NCBI GenBank assembly: GCA_963797625.1
Contig: CAWCQI010000043.1
Coordinates: 9,587 to 73,586, forward strand
Direction of reading: 5' to 3'
From: an uncultured Acidobacteriota bacterium
GTDB lineage: Bacteria; Acidobacteriota; Vicinamibacteria; Vicinamibacterales; 2-12-FULL-66-21
DNA: 64,000 nucleotides
In this document: positions 45,492 through 56,080 of the stretch, piece by piece
How positions within the stretch are numbered: the stretch's first letter is position 1
Layout of the letters: each line of letters begins with the position of its first letter
Notes under the pieces: generated by a model
The model's input: the letters and a program-made list of their open reading frames with translations, nothing else
Told to the model about the DNA's origin: nothing
The model's database searches: none
Position numbers and translations under genes: made by a program

Positions 45492-45939
45492 CAGCCTCTC
45501 CTTCCCTCGTCGCGCGCGCAGCCCGCGCGAGCAGCGCCAGACCCTCGAGTGCCTTGCGGCGTTCGGCGACGGTCAACGCCGCGAGCAGGCGCTGCACCCG
45601 CACGGCGTCCAGCACGGAGGTGGCCCGCATCGCCGCGGCGCCCTTACTCGCCAGATACAACCGGAGGCGGCGCGCATCGTCCGGATGACGCTCGTGCCGG
45701 ACGTATCCCAGCTTCACGAGCCGCTTGACCGCCGCGGACAACGTGGAGGGGGACACACCGAGATGACGCGCGAGCGCCGCCGGCGGGACCGGTACCTTCT
45801 CGTCGAGGTGCGACAGCAGCGAGGAGTCCCGTGCCGACAGTTTATGGGCCGAAGAAGCGGCCCTCACGTGACGCGTGTGGCAGGCGAGGTAGATCTGCGG
45901 GTAGCAGGTCTGGACCGTGCGGACGTCAGCAGCGCTCAT
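45484..45939 (-). CDS. MarR family transcriptional regulator
   Basis: Met at 45939. LSARDSSLLSHLDEKVPVPPAALARHLGVSPSTLSAAVKRLVKLGYVRHERHPDDARRLRLYLASKG. Overlaps the SRPBCC start by 8 nt. Confidence 0.8.
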   Translation of the reverse strand: MSAADVRTVQTCYPQIYLACHTRHVRAASSAHKLSARDSSLLSHLDEKVPVPPAALARHLGVSPSTLSAAVKRLVKLGYVRHERHPDDARRLRLYLASKGAAAMRATSVLDAVRVQRLLAALTVAERRKALEGLALLARAARATREGEAGA

Positions 45940-46086
45940 GGTCGGGAGCAGCTTAGAGGGCGGTGAATCGTTCGTCAAAACGAACGACATCCCCTCGACC
46001 GTCGGCGGCCCTGCTTGACTCCGCCAGCCGCCGACACATAATCGGCGCAGCGCCACGGAGACGATCGGCTTACAGGAGAGGTGGAC

Positions 46087-47673
46087 ATGCGCGGGCGACT
46101 CATCGCGGTGTCGGGTTCGGCCGCTGTTGCGGCCGGCATGTGGCTCACGCTCGCCGAACCGGGGGTCCTGGCGCAGGCGCAGGGCCTGGGCATCTTCACC
46201 GGCAGCGCCGACGTCGGATCGCCCTCCACGATAGGTCCCGGGTCCTCTTACGTATGACGCTGACAAGGGCGTCTACGTCGTCGCGGGCGGCGGTGAGAAC
46301 ATGTGGGCCGCCGCCGATCACTTTCACTACGTGTGGAAGAAGGTGTCGGGTGACGTCGCGATCGAGGCTTCCGTCGAGTTCGTCGGCAGCAAACCGGAAG
46401 GCGGGACGCCCGACCCGCACCGCAAGGCCGTGCTCGCGATCCGGCAGTCGCTCGACTCGAACGCCGTCTACGCCGACGCAGCGCGGCACGGCGACGGCCT
46501 GACGTCGCTGCAATGGCGCGACGCCCCGGGTGCCGCCACCCACGAAGTGCAGTCCGCCGTCGTCGGTCCGACCCGCCTGCGCCTGGAGAAGCGCGGCAAC
46601 TACGTGTCGATGATGGTCGCGGGCGCCGGCGAGGAGCTGAAGCCGTCCGGCGGCGCCGCACGGATCGACCTCACTGGCGAGTACTACGTCGGCGTCGGCG
46701 TGTCGGCTCACAACACGGGCCGCATCGAGTCGGCGGCGTTTTCGAACGTGACCGTCGGCACACCCGCTCCGGCAACGGGCAAGACCACGCTGGTCAACAC
46801 GCTCGAGACGATCAGCGTCAAGTCCAAGGACCGGAGGGTCGTCTACGTTGTGACACAGCCGGGCCGGATCGAAGCGCCCAACTGGTATCCAGACGCCACG
46901 AACACGCTCTATTTCAACAACGGCGGGAAGCTGTTCAAGATCCAGGCGGACCTGCCCGGCACGCCTCGCAACCCGTCGCGGCTGGCCACACCGGAGCCGG
47001 TGGATCTCGGCATCCTCACCCGCATCAACAACGACCACGGGCTGACAGGGACGGGAAGTTCTGGGCCATCAGCGATCAGTCACAGACCGTCAACGGCCAG
47101 CGCCCCTCGCTCGTCTACGTCGTCCCGTTCGGCAGCACGCAGGTGACGCGTGCCACCGAGCAGGGGCCCTCCTACTTCCACGGCTGGTCGCCCGACGGCG
47201 GGACGCTCGCGTACTGCGCACAGCGGAACGGCAACTTCGACGTGTACACGGTGTCAGCGGCCGGAGGTGCGGAGACCCGTCTGACCACCGCCGAAGGCAA
47301 GGACGATGGACCGGAGTATTCGCCGGACGGGCAGTACATTTACTTCAACTCGGAGCGTACCGGCGCGATGCAGATCTGGCGCATGAAGCCGGATGGTTCG
47401 GGGCAGGAGCAGGTCACGAAGGACGAGGCGGAGAATTGGTTCCCGCACGTGTCGCCGGACGGAACGTCGCTGGTGTTCCTGACCTACGAGAAGGGAGTCG
47501 GCGATCACCCCGAGAACAAGGACGTGATGCTGCGGCTGATGAACCTCCAGACCGGGGCCGTGGAGATTCTGGCGAAACTGTTCGGTGGGCAGGGCACGAT
47601 TAACGTGTCGTCCTGGTCGCCGAACGGCCAGTACATTGCGTTCGTGAGTTACCAGGTTGTGGGTGCGCAGTGA
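46087..47673 (+). CDS. secreted protein: LamG-like N-terminal domain + TolB-like beta-propeller (2 frame breaks, ~46250 and ~47045)
   Basis: AGGAGAGG SD and signal. C-terminal repeats [40 protein letters not shown] and [13 protein letters not shown]. Confidence 0.7.
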
Positions 47674-47674
47674 G

Positions 47675-47937
47675 CGCGGAGGGGACGGAGGGCGCGGAGG
47701 AGAGATCACCACGGAGGCACGGAGGCACGGAGCACGGGGGGTTCAACGACATCAGTGCACTGGGCGAGTCAGCCAATCCCTCATCTCTAGCGCGGGGTCG
47801 CGGTCGCGCGTCGCCCCCTGCCGGCCACCCGGCCGGCGCCGCGACCCGCACCGTGCCAACCCACCCAGGTGCTCATGCAGCTGCCTTCCCCGTGCCTCCG
47901 TGTGTGCTCTCCTCCGTGCCCTCCGTCCCCTCCGTCC
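47675..47937. repeat. composite palindromic repeat, family C copy 1 (GGAGG/CACGG-rich arm, core, CCTCC/CCGTG-rich arm)
   Basis: Left arm 47675-47739 and right arm 47889-47937 are reverse complements (GACGGAGGGGACGGAGGGC.CGGAGGAGAG...ACGGAGGCACGGGG). The ~150-bp core contains CCCAGGTG. Confidence 0.8.
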
Positions 47938-47948
47938 GCCCGTCGAGG

Positions 47949-48017
47949 GCCGTCGCCGGACTCTGGTCGCAGGCCGACAGCACCAGCTACTTCAAGGACT
48001 TCGTAATCATCCCCAAA
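47949..48017 (+). pseudogene. 3-prime remnant of a DUF1080-like gene (last ~23 codons only)
   Basis: AVAGLWSQADSTSYFKDFVIIPK compared with VGLWSKTDSTSYFKDFVVSPK-stop at 41198-41262. It starts right after the family C arm, and the stop is not preserved in frame. Confidence 0.5.
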
Positions 48018-48040
48018 ATAACGGGCTGTTCGAACGAGCC

Positions 48041-50602
48041 TCAGCGCAATAAGCCGTCGAGCAACACGACGTCGCTTTCGACGTCCGCGACGGCTGCGTA
48101 GAGCGATCGACTGTCACTCGACCACGATGCTCGACGCGTGATGTACACGGATCGCTCTTCGAAGTTCGTCACCGCGCGCATCGGCTCCCCGGAGGTCGGC
48201 ACCACCCACAAATTGGTCGTAGGACCGTCCAGCAGCGGCAGTGCAAGCCATCGCCCGTCTGGAGAAAGGGCCGGCATGAACATCAACGGCCGGACTCGGG
48301 AGCTGACGACGCGCGCCAGGGTTTCCGACGGACCGTCTTCCGGCGCGGCGCGGCGGATCTCGAGATCTCCCCACATCGAGTGGTTCAGCGTCACAGTGGC
48401 CAGGTAGTAGACGTGCGATCCGTCATTCGAGGGCGCCGCTGCGCGGCCGTCACCGCGCACGTCGACCCGGGCGCCGGTGTCGATGTCGATTTTGTGTATC
48501 TGATCGGAGTTTTGGGTATCGTTGTAGTACAGCCATCGCCCGTCGGCCGACCAGCACTGGTACCAACCCTTGTCGACGACCTGACGGAGACCGCTCCCAT
48601 CGGAGTCGACAGTCCACAACTCGGCCTGTCCCGATCGTCCCAGTACGAACGCGATGCGGTTTCCGGCAGGCGCCCACAGGGGCGCGCCGATGGCCACTCG
48701 CGGATCTTCCTCGAACGTGATCTGCCGGGCGTCGCTGCCGTCCGTATTGACGACCCACAAATTGCTGTGGCCGCCGTTGTCGGACAAATACACGACCTGC
48801 CGGTCGTCAGGGCTGGCCGACGGCACCTGCACCTGCCCGTTCTGGTGGGTGATACGCGTTGCCCCGCGCGTGTTCTTTCGAAGTGTCCCGTCGATCGTGA
48901 ATCGGAAAATGTCTGATGTCGTCTTGGTCAGGGTGGCGACCACACGCCCCGACGAGTGGGCGTCGGGCTCCAGATATGACGCGTCCCCGAAGGTCAGCTG
49001 AGTGTCCTCCGCGCCGTCGGCCGAAACGCGTCGCAGATTGAAGACTGGCGGGTAGAGCAAGGTGCTGCCGAGGGAGGAGCTGTACACGATTCCTGAGTCG
49101 TCCGGAAGCCACGACAGCCCCTGAATCCATCCGGCCCGGGCGATTTCCCTCAGCGCGTCTCCAGGGACACCCACGCAGACGTACATGTCGAACGCCGTCT
49201 TGCTGGCGCGCTGACACGCGATGGTGCGGTCATCGTGCGACCAGCGAGGCAAGGTGTAGACATGTCCGCCCGGTAGCGTCACGGCGGATTCCGCGTGGCC
49301 TCCATCGCGTGTCACGACGGCGAGCTCGACGTTCTGCCCCGTCGGACGAAAGAGCGCGACGCGCCGCCCGTCATGGCTGATGTCGCCGCCACCATTCGCC
49401 GTTCCGATACGCCGCGGCGGTCCTCCAAACGCGGAGACTTCCCAAAGCGTTCCGGAGCGGCCCGGACTATCCGAAGGCGTGTAATAAAGCAGGGCGCTCG
49501 AGTCGGGCGACCAGCGCGGCTGCTCATGGTCGACGGCGTCTTGCGTGACCTGCAGTGGAGCGCCGCCGGCGAGCAGGCGGATCCAGATTTGTCGTCTTCC
49601 GGCAACGAACGAAACAAAGGCGACCATCTTTCCGTCCGGGGAGATGGCCGCGTGTTCTTTCTGGCCCACGAAGTCCGTCAAGCGGCGGAACCTTACTTCG
49701 CGGTGTGGGTCCTTGGGGCGAGAGACTTCCGTGGGGGTAGATCCGAGAAGGGCGTCGTCAATGTCCAGACGCGCATCTCCAATATCGCGCTGCCTTTCGC
49801 GGGGGTCCTTCGCCAGGCAACGCCGCAACAGCCGCCGAACAGACCAGGGCGTCCGTTCCGGCAAATGAGCCCAGTCCGGCTCTTTCTGTAGACACCGCCG
49901 AGATCGTATCGCCGACATTGTCCATTGCAAAGGCACGACGTCCGGTCAGCATCTCGTAGAGCACGCAGCCGAACGCCCAGATGTCGGTGCGCTTGTCGAC
50001 GGCCTTGCCGCGCGCCTGTTCCGGGCTCATGTACGCGGCCGTGCCGAGGATCACGCCCATCGCGCGTGCCGCCGACGGTCATCGTCGGCGACTGCGACAG
50101 ATCCGGCGTCGCGCCGTCGGCGCCAGGCCTTGGCGAGCCCGAAGTCGAGCACCTTGACCGACTGCCGTCGGGCGTGATCTTGATGTTGGCCGGCTTCAGG
50201 TCGCGGTGGACGATGCCCTTCTCGTGCGCCGCCTCGAGCGCGTCGGCGATCTGCCGCGCGATCGGCAGCGCTTCGTCCAGCGGCGAGCGGCGCCGCGCGC
50301 AATCCGCTCCGCCAGCGTCTCGCCCTCGACGAGCTCGAGGACGAGCGCCGCGCATGCCGTCGGCCTCTTCGACGCCGTAGATCGCGCCGATGTGCGGATG
50401 GTTGAGCGACGCGAGCACGCGCGCTTCGCGCTCGAACCGTGCGAGCCGTCGGGATCGGCGCGAAGGCGTCGGGCAGCACCTTGATGGCGACGTCGCGCCC
50501 GAGCCTCGTGTCGCGCGCGCGATAGACCTCGCCCATCCCGCCGCCGCCGAGCAGCGAAAGGATCTTGTACGAACCGAACCGCACACCAGGAACGAATGTC
50601 AC
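48041..50602 (-). CDS. Ser/Thr protein kinase fused to TolB-like beta-propeller (kinase domain frame-broken many times; propeller part clean)
   Basis: [47 protein letters not shown] and [10 protein letters not shown] pieces lie in three frames (49890-50602). ORF 48041..49936 has [22 protein letters not shown] and [12 protein letters not shown] repeats. Confidence 0.85.
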
Positions 50603-50689
50603 TCGCCTTCACCTAATCGAGCGAAGCGGACAGTATATGGCCATCCTCCTGCTGGGCGGGACGAAGCCAACCCCAGCCTCAGCCTCAGT

Positions 50690-50941
50690 GCGGGTCGCGC
50701 CACGCACCGCGTTAACACACCCAGGTGCCCGCTGGGCAATGTAGTTGGGCGTGTCCCGCCACATGAAACGCTGACATACGGGATTTCGTGGACGGCTATC
50801 CAGTCGAACTCGCCCGCGAGCCGCGCCGCAGTAGTTGGGGGAATTCATCCTGATGTACGGCCCGCCAGGTGCCTTCTCCGTGCCCTCCGTGTCCCCGTGC
50901 CTCCGTGTGTGCTCTCCTCCGTGCCCTCCGTCCCCTCCGCC
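50690..50941. repeat. family C copy 2 (half element: core fragment plus one CCTCC/CCGTG-rich arm, with an extra internal segment)
   Basis: Arm 50871-50941 is near-identical to the copy 1 right arm (CCCCGTGCCTCCGTGTGTGCTCTCCTCCGTGCCCTCCGTCCCCTCCG). No opposing arm was found. Confidence 0.7.
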
Positions 50942-50948
50942 AACGCCG

Positions 50949-50985
50949 AAACAAAAAAAGGGCGGAGGGCCGCAGCCCCCCGCCC
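50949..50985 (-). terminator. canonical intrinsic terminator downstream of the TonB-dependent receptor 51007..54459
   Basis: On the minus strand: GGGCGGGGGGC-TGCG-GCCCTCCGCCC followed by TTTTTTTGTTT. It begins 22 nt after the stop codon. Confidence 0.8.
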
Positions 50986-51006
50986 CGTGTCCTCCGCGCC
51001 CTCGAA

Positions 51007-54000
51007 CTAGAAGATGTACCGCAGGCTCAGCTGGATGTCCCGGCGTGAGTCCGTCCTTGCCCGTGACGCGGCCGAACGTGCGCGCTCGTCGGATTGGTCG
51101 TCGGCGTTGTTCCAGTTCGCGTGGTTCAGGAAGTTGAAGATCTCCGCCCGGAACTGCAAGCGTCGCGTTCCGCGCAGGCGTGACGTTCTTGAAGAGCGCG
51201 ATGTCCCACTGATACTGGCCCGGGCTGTAGATGTCGTTGCGCGGTCGCGTTGCCGAACGTGCCGGCGGCCGGACGCGCGAACGCCGCCGGGTTGAACCAG
51301 AAGTTCTGGTCCGTTGCCGTCGCCGGCCGAGAACTCGCTCGTTGGCGCCGCCCTTCGGATCGCCGACCTGGTTCCAGGGCTGCGCGAAGCGTGTCGCCGA
51401 CGCCCGCGATGTCGTGCGCCTGCGCGTCACCCACAGCGGCGTGCCGGTGCGCATGAAGGTCGGACCCGGTAATCTGCCAGCCGCCCAGCACCTTCCCTGT
51501 GACGCCGTACCTGGTCGCGGTAGAACGGCAGATCGTAGATGTAATAGAAGTTGAACACGTGGCGGCGGTCGAAGCTCGAGTTGCCCCAGTAGCCCGAGTC
51601 GTCGTAGCTGTTGAACAGGACGTCGCGCTTGTTGCTCGCGTTGTCCTCTGAGTGGCCGAGCGTGTAGGCGACGCCGAACTTGAAGCCGTTCTTGTAGCGG
51701 CGCTCGGCGCTGACCTGCAGGCTGTTGTACTTCGAGTAGCCCGCGTTCTCCGACAGCCGGATGACGCCGTAGCCCTTGAAGGGTCGCAGCGCCGCGATGT
51801 TCACGCCGGGGTTCGCCTGGAGCGGTGCCGGCAGCCGAGCTGGTTGATGTTGCGCTCGCGCTGCAGATAGCGCTCCGCGACGGCCGACATAGGTCACGTC
51901 CACGATGAAGCCCAGCGGCATCTCGACGCTGCACGCCGGCCGACCACATGTACGCGGTCGGGTGCTTGAAGACCGGGTCGATCGCCGTCATGCCGAACGG
52001 CAGCGACGCCGCGCCGCCGGCGCCGCCGGGTTGTCGGCCGAGCCGTTGCTGACGCTGACCTGCGGCTGGAACGGCGGGTTGCCGCCGAGGAGCAGCGAGT
52101 CGTTCAGCGTCACGCGGTTGTGGAAGACGCCGGCGCTGGCCTTGACGATCGTCTTTTCGTTCGACGGCATACGACAGACCCAGCCGCGGCTCGAACACGT
52201 TGTTGTGCGTCTCGGCGAAGCCGCGCGGCGCGCCGACGAACAGCGCGTTCACGGCCGGGTCGTTGTAGACGGCGAGGTTGCTGGCCGACGCTCGGGAAGC
52301 CGTCACCGGGCAGCACGATGCCGTTGTAGCGCGGACCCGCCGACGATCCGGCCGGTTGCCGGGTCGATCACCGCCTGGTTCGCTCGTGTTGTAGTACGCC
52401 GGGTCGAACGTCGCGATGTTGTTGTCGAGCGAGTACCACGGCGGCCAGTACACCTAGCGCACGCCGCCTTCGACCGTCAGGTTGCTCGTCGGCCGCCACG
52501 AGTCCTGGACGAACACGTCGGTCGCGAGCGCACGCCACTTCGTCAGCGCGCGCTGGCCGATCTCCGCATAGTTCGTGAACAGTCCGAGCGCGGCGTTCGC
52601 GATGCCGAGTGCCGGTGCTGGCGACCGGCCGCCGCATTGCGTGAACTGGAACCGGCCGTTCTGGTTGTTCGTGCTGCCGGGGATCGGCTGGACGTTGATC
52701 TGATCGAAGTCGTCTTCGCCCGAGTATTCGAACGACATGCCGGCCTTGAACGTGTGCCGGCCCTTGCACCCACGTGGTCGCGTTGTTGAAACGTGTGGAT
52801 CGGACCACGCGACGAGGACGGATACGGGCCGCCGTCGATCTCGCTGAAGGTGTCGATGCTGATCGTCGGAATCTTGTCCGGGATCTCCTTGTTCTCGGGA
52901 AACAGGTACGGATAGTTGATGCCGTACTTGCTGCGCTGGAAGAGGTCGTGCCGCGGAAGACGTCGATGAACACCTCGTCGAGCGAGTGGGTGTAGCTGAA
53001 CTCGTTGATCAGATTGTTCTTGATGCGTGCTCGTCCAGCTCGCCGTCTGGGTGGTGTTCGGCCGGTCCCAGTCGGTCCGCGCGTAGGGGAATGTGCCGCG
53101 GAACGCGTCGATGGCCGTCCAGCTGTACTTGCCGTAGCGGTAGGTGAACTGGTTCTTGTCGTTGAGCCGGTAGTCGAGGCGGATGTTGTCCTTCCGCTGG
53201 TCCTGCGGGTTGTCGCTCGAGATGATCGCGTTCGCCGTGCCCTGCCGGAAGCCCGGCGTGGGCAGCGGGTACGCGTTCAGCATCGCGATGCCGTTCGAGC
53301 TGAGCCTGTCGGCCGGGATGATGTTGCCCGGGAACGCGCATGCCCGACTGCGGATCGATGATCGATCCGGGCGCCGCGTGAAGAATCCGTTCGCCGGGTT
53401 CAGCAGCTCGCTGAAGTCGCCCGCGCGCATCTTCGCGGTGGGCACGGTCGCCGTGTTGGTCTGCATCGCCTTGATAGTTGACCCACTCCTGCGCCGCGAA
53501 GAAGAACAGCTTGTCCTTCAGCCCTCCGAACGGCACGGGCCCGCCGATCGAATAGCGCGTACTGCTTGTAGTCGAACGGCGCGGCGCCGCTGTTCTCGAA
53601 CGCAGTTCGGGCTCCGGTTGCGCGCCCAGGTGTTGGCCTGCAGCGTTGTCGTCGCGAAGGAAGTAACGAGCCGCTGCCGGTGAAGCGGTTGCTGCCGCTC
53701 TTGGTGACCATGCGGATCTGCCCGCCGCTGACGCGCCCGTACTCCGGCATGTAGTCGCCGGTCAGCACCTGGACTTCCTGAATCGCGTCGACGTTCTGGA
53801 TGCCGACGATCGCGCCGTTCGACCGCGTGCGGATGGCCGTCGCGCCGTCGACGGTGATGTTGTTCTCGTCGGTGCGGCTGCCGTTGATGTTGAAGCCGCC
53901 GTTGCCGAGATCCGAGAAGCCGTAGTTGTTGAAGCTGCCGCCGATCGACGCCGGGCTTCAGGCCGGCCACGCCGATCGGGTTGCGGCCGGAGAACGACAA

Positions 54001-54459
54001 CTGCTCGATGTCCTTCGACTCGACGGTCTTGCGGAGGCGACGTGTCGGTCTGCAGCAGCGGCTGCTCCGCCGTGACGGTCACCTGCTCGGTGAGCGCGCC
54101 GGTGTCGAGCGAGAAGTCCATGGTCAAGCGAGCCGGCCGCGTCGAGCTGAACGTTCTTCCTTGACGGCCTTCTTGAAGCCCTGCAGCTCGGCGCTGATGT
54201 CGTACCGGCCCGGCAGGCAGGTTCGGGAACGTGTAGAACCCGCTCGCGTCGGTGACGGTCGTGCGCGGCGTCTGCGTCTGTACCTGGTCGCGGTCACGGT
54301 CGCCCCGGGGACGACCCCGCCGGTCTCATCCTTGACCACGCCAGAAATCTGACCGCGGTCGAACTGTGCGAACGCGGGTAGCGACACGAGCCACGCTACC
54401 CCCAGGCACATGAGGACACGCCTCAGGCGCCACCCGGCGTTGCCGGCATGCAGACCCAT
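51007..54459 (-). CDS. TonB-dependent receptor with carboxypeptidase-regulatory-like domain (many frame breaks)
   Basis: Signal LMCLGVAWLVSLPAFAQ, ISGVVKDETGGVVPGATVTAT, GRYDISAELQGFKK, FSLDTGALTEQVTVTAE, and C-terminus RDIQLSLRYIF-stop. AAGGAGGAG SD. Confidence 0.8.
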
Positions 54460-54524
54460 CGATCTCCTCCTTGTAATCGATTGCTCGTACAGAATCTCCT
54501 GTACGGCCGTCAAAGGCGGCCGAG

Positions 54525-54553
54525 AGGTTAGGCCCGTCGTATCGCAGTGTCAA
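54525..54553 (-). promoter_or_regulatory. candidate sigma70-type promoter for the TonB-dependent receptor
   Basis: On the minus strand: TTGACA, 17 nt, TAACCT, about 65 nt upstream of the start codon. Confidence 0.3.
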
Positions 54554-54686
54554 GCTCATCGATTCAATGACAAACGTTTTGCCCGGATTCCCGAAACCGC
54601 ATCGCAGTCCAACAGTTTACGGGGGCAACACGGACAGTTGGTCATTGGCCCGCTTTAATGTATGCAACCCGTCCGCAAGCCCGTCG

Positions 54687-55725
54687 CTATGGGATCGATG
54701 TCCAGGCAAGGCCGTCCGGGTTCTTGCCGGCATCGATCTTCCCGATCACCGACAGACTCTTGAGGTCGACCACTGCGACGTAACTGTCGGGCGTGCACGC
54801 CACGTACGCGCGGGCACCGTCCGGCTGCACCTGAAGGCCCGCCGCGCCGGTGCCGACGGCAAGGCGCTTGGCTTCCTTGCGGCTCGCCGCATCGAACACG
54901 AAGAGATCGGGACCGCTGAGCGTCGACACGAGCACCTGATGCCCATCGGGCGTGAACTTGAGGCGGTTGGCGCCCTTGACTCCGGCCTGCAGCGTGTCGG
55001 TGACCTGTACGGCCGGCGACGTCGATTACCGTGATGGTGCCGTCCTGGGCGTTCGCCGCCCATAACTCCCGTCCATCGGGGGACACGTCGAAGCCCTCGA
55101 CGCCACGCCCCGCCGGGATCACCACGCCGTTCCAGTTGCCCTGCGGTGCGCCAGGCCCGCGGCCGCCCGGAGGAGGCGGAGGTGTGCCCGCCCGACCTCG
55201 GCCGGCCGTCCGCTCGAAGATGCTGATCGACGCCGAGCCGGTGTTCGACGTCATCACCCGCCCGCCGTCCTCCGAGGTGACCACCATGTGCGTCCCGTTC
55301 TGGCCGGTGCCGATCACGAGGTCGATCGCTTTCGACGCGGGGTCGTAGCTTCCGACGACCTTCGCCCCTTCCGCGGTGAACCACACCTTCCCCGCCGCGA
55401 ACATGAGGCCGTGCGGCCCGCGCAATGCGCCGAGCGCGATCGGCTCGAGCGCCTTCCGACCCACGAGGTCGACGACGGTGATGGTGTTGAGCGAGCCGCC
55501 ACCGTAATTGGAGATGTACGCCGTCCGGCCGTCGGGTGAGGCCACGACCTCATGAGGATCCGGGCCCGACGGCACGGTGCCGAGCACCTTCAGCGTCGTG
55601 GGATCCACGATGGAGAGCGTCAGGTCCGACTTGGCGAGGACGAGCAGAGCCGGCTTATTCGAAGGCGCCTGCGCCGCGAGCGCGACAGGCAGGGCGAGGA
55701 CGAGAGCAAGGCCGAGACGTGGCAT
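54687..55725 (-). CDS. secreted YVTN/YncE-like beta-propeller repeat protein (frame break near 55020)
   Basis: Signal MPRLGLALVLALPVALAAQA. Repeats GPDPHEVVASPDGRTAYISN, FDVSPDGRELWAAN and GLQVQPDGARAYVAC. Confidence 0.7.
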
Positions 55726-55764
55726 GGTGACTCCTCCATTCGGGGGCGCTATAGCAAGTGAGTC

Positions 55765-56077
55765 AGCGGAGGGGGCGGAGGGCACGGAGAAGAACACTCA
55801 CGCACGGAGCGCACACGGAGGCACGGGGACTCACGGAGGACGTTTTTACAGGGACGCGAACCACCTGGTGCGTTTTCCTGCGGGCTCGCGCCGCCGAAGC
55901 GCGGAAGTAGCCAAGGATCGGAGCCAGGCGAGTACCGGCGGGCGGCTCGCGATCCAGGTTGGATCCCTCACTCCAGCGCCCGCCGTTGGCGGGCGCGCCA
56001 GCACACCGCCTCCGTGCAGCCTCCGTGTCCCCGTGCCTCCGTGTGATCCCTCCTCCGTGACCTCCGCTCCCTCCGGA
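55765..56077. repeat. composite palindromic repeat, family C copy 3
   Basis: Left arm 55765-55839 (GGAGG/CACGG-rich) and right arm 56008-56077 (CCTCC/CCGTG-rich) are reverse complements. The ~170-bp core contains CACCTGGTG and ATCCCTCACTCCAGCGC. Confidence 0.8.
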
Positions 56078-56080
56078 GAC

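Noticed and set aside
47675-47740. Possible CRISPR-like array in the short periodic CACGGAGG units of the family C arms
   Set aside because: The units are 7-8 nt, contiguous and without spacers, and are mirrored by a complementary arm. No cas genes are present. This is not a CRISPR architecture.
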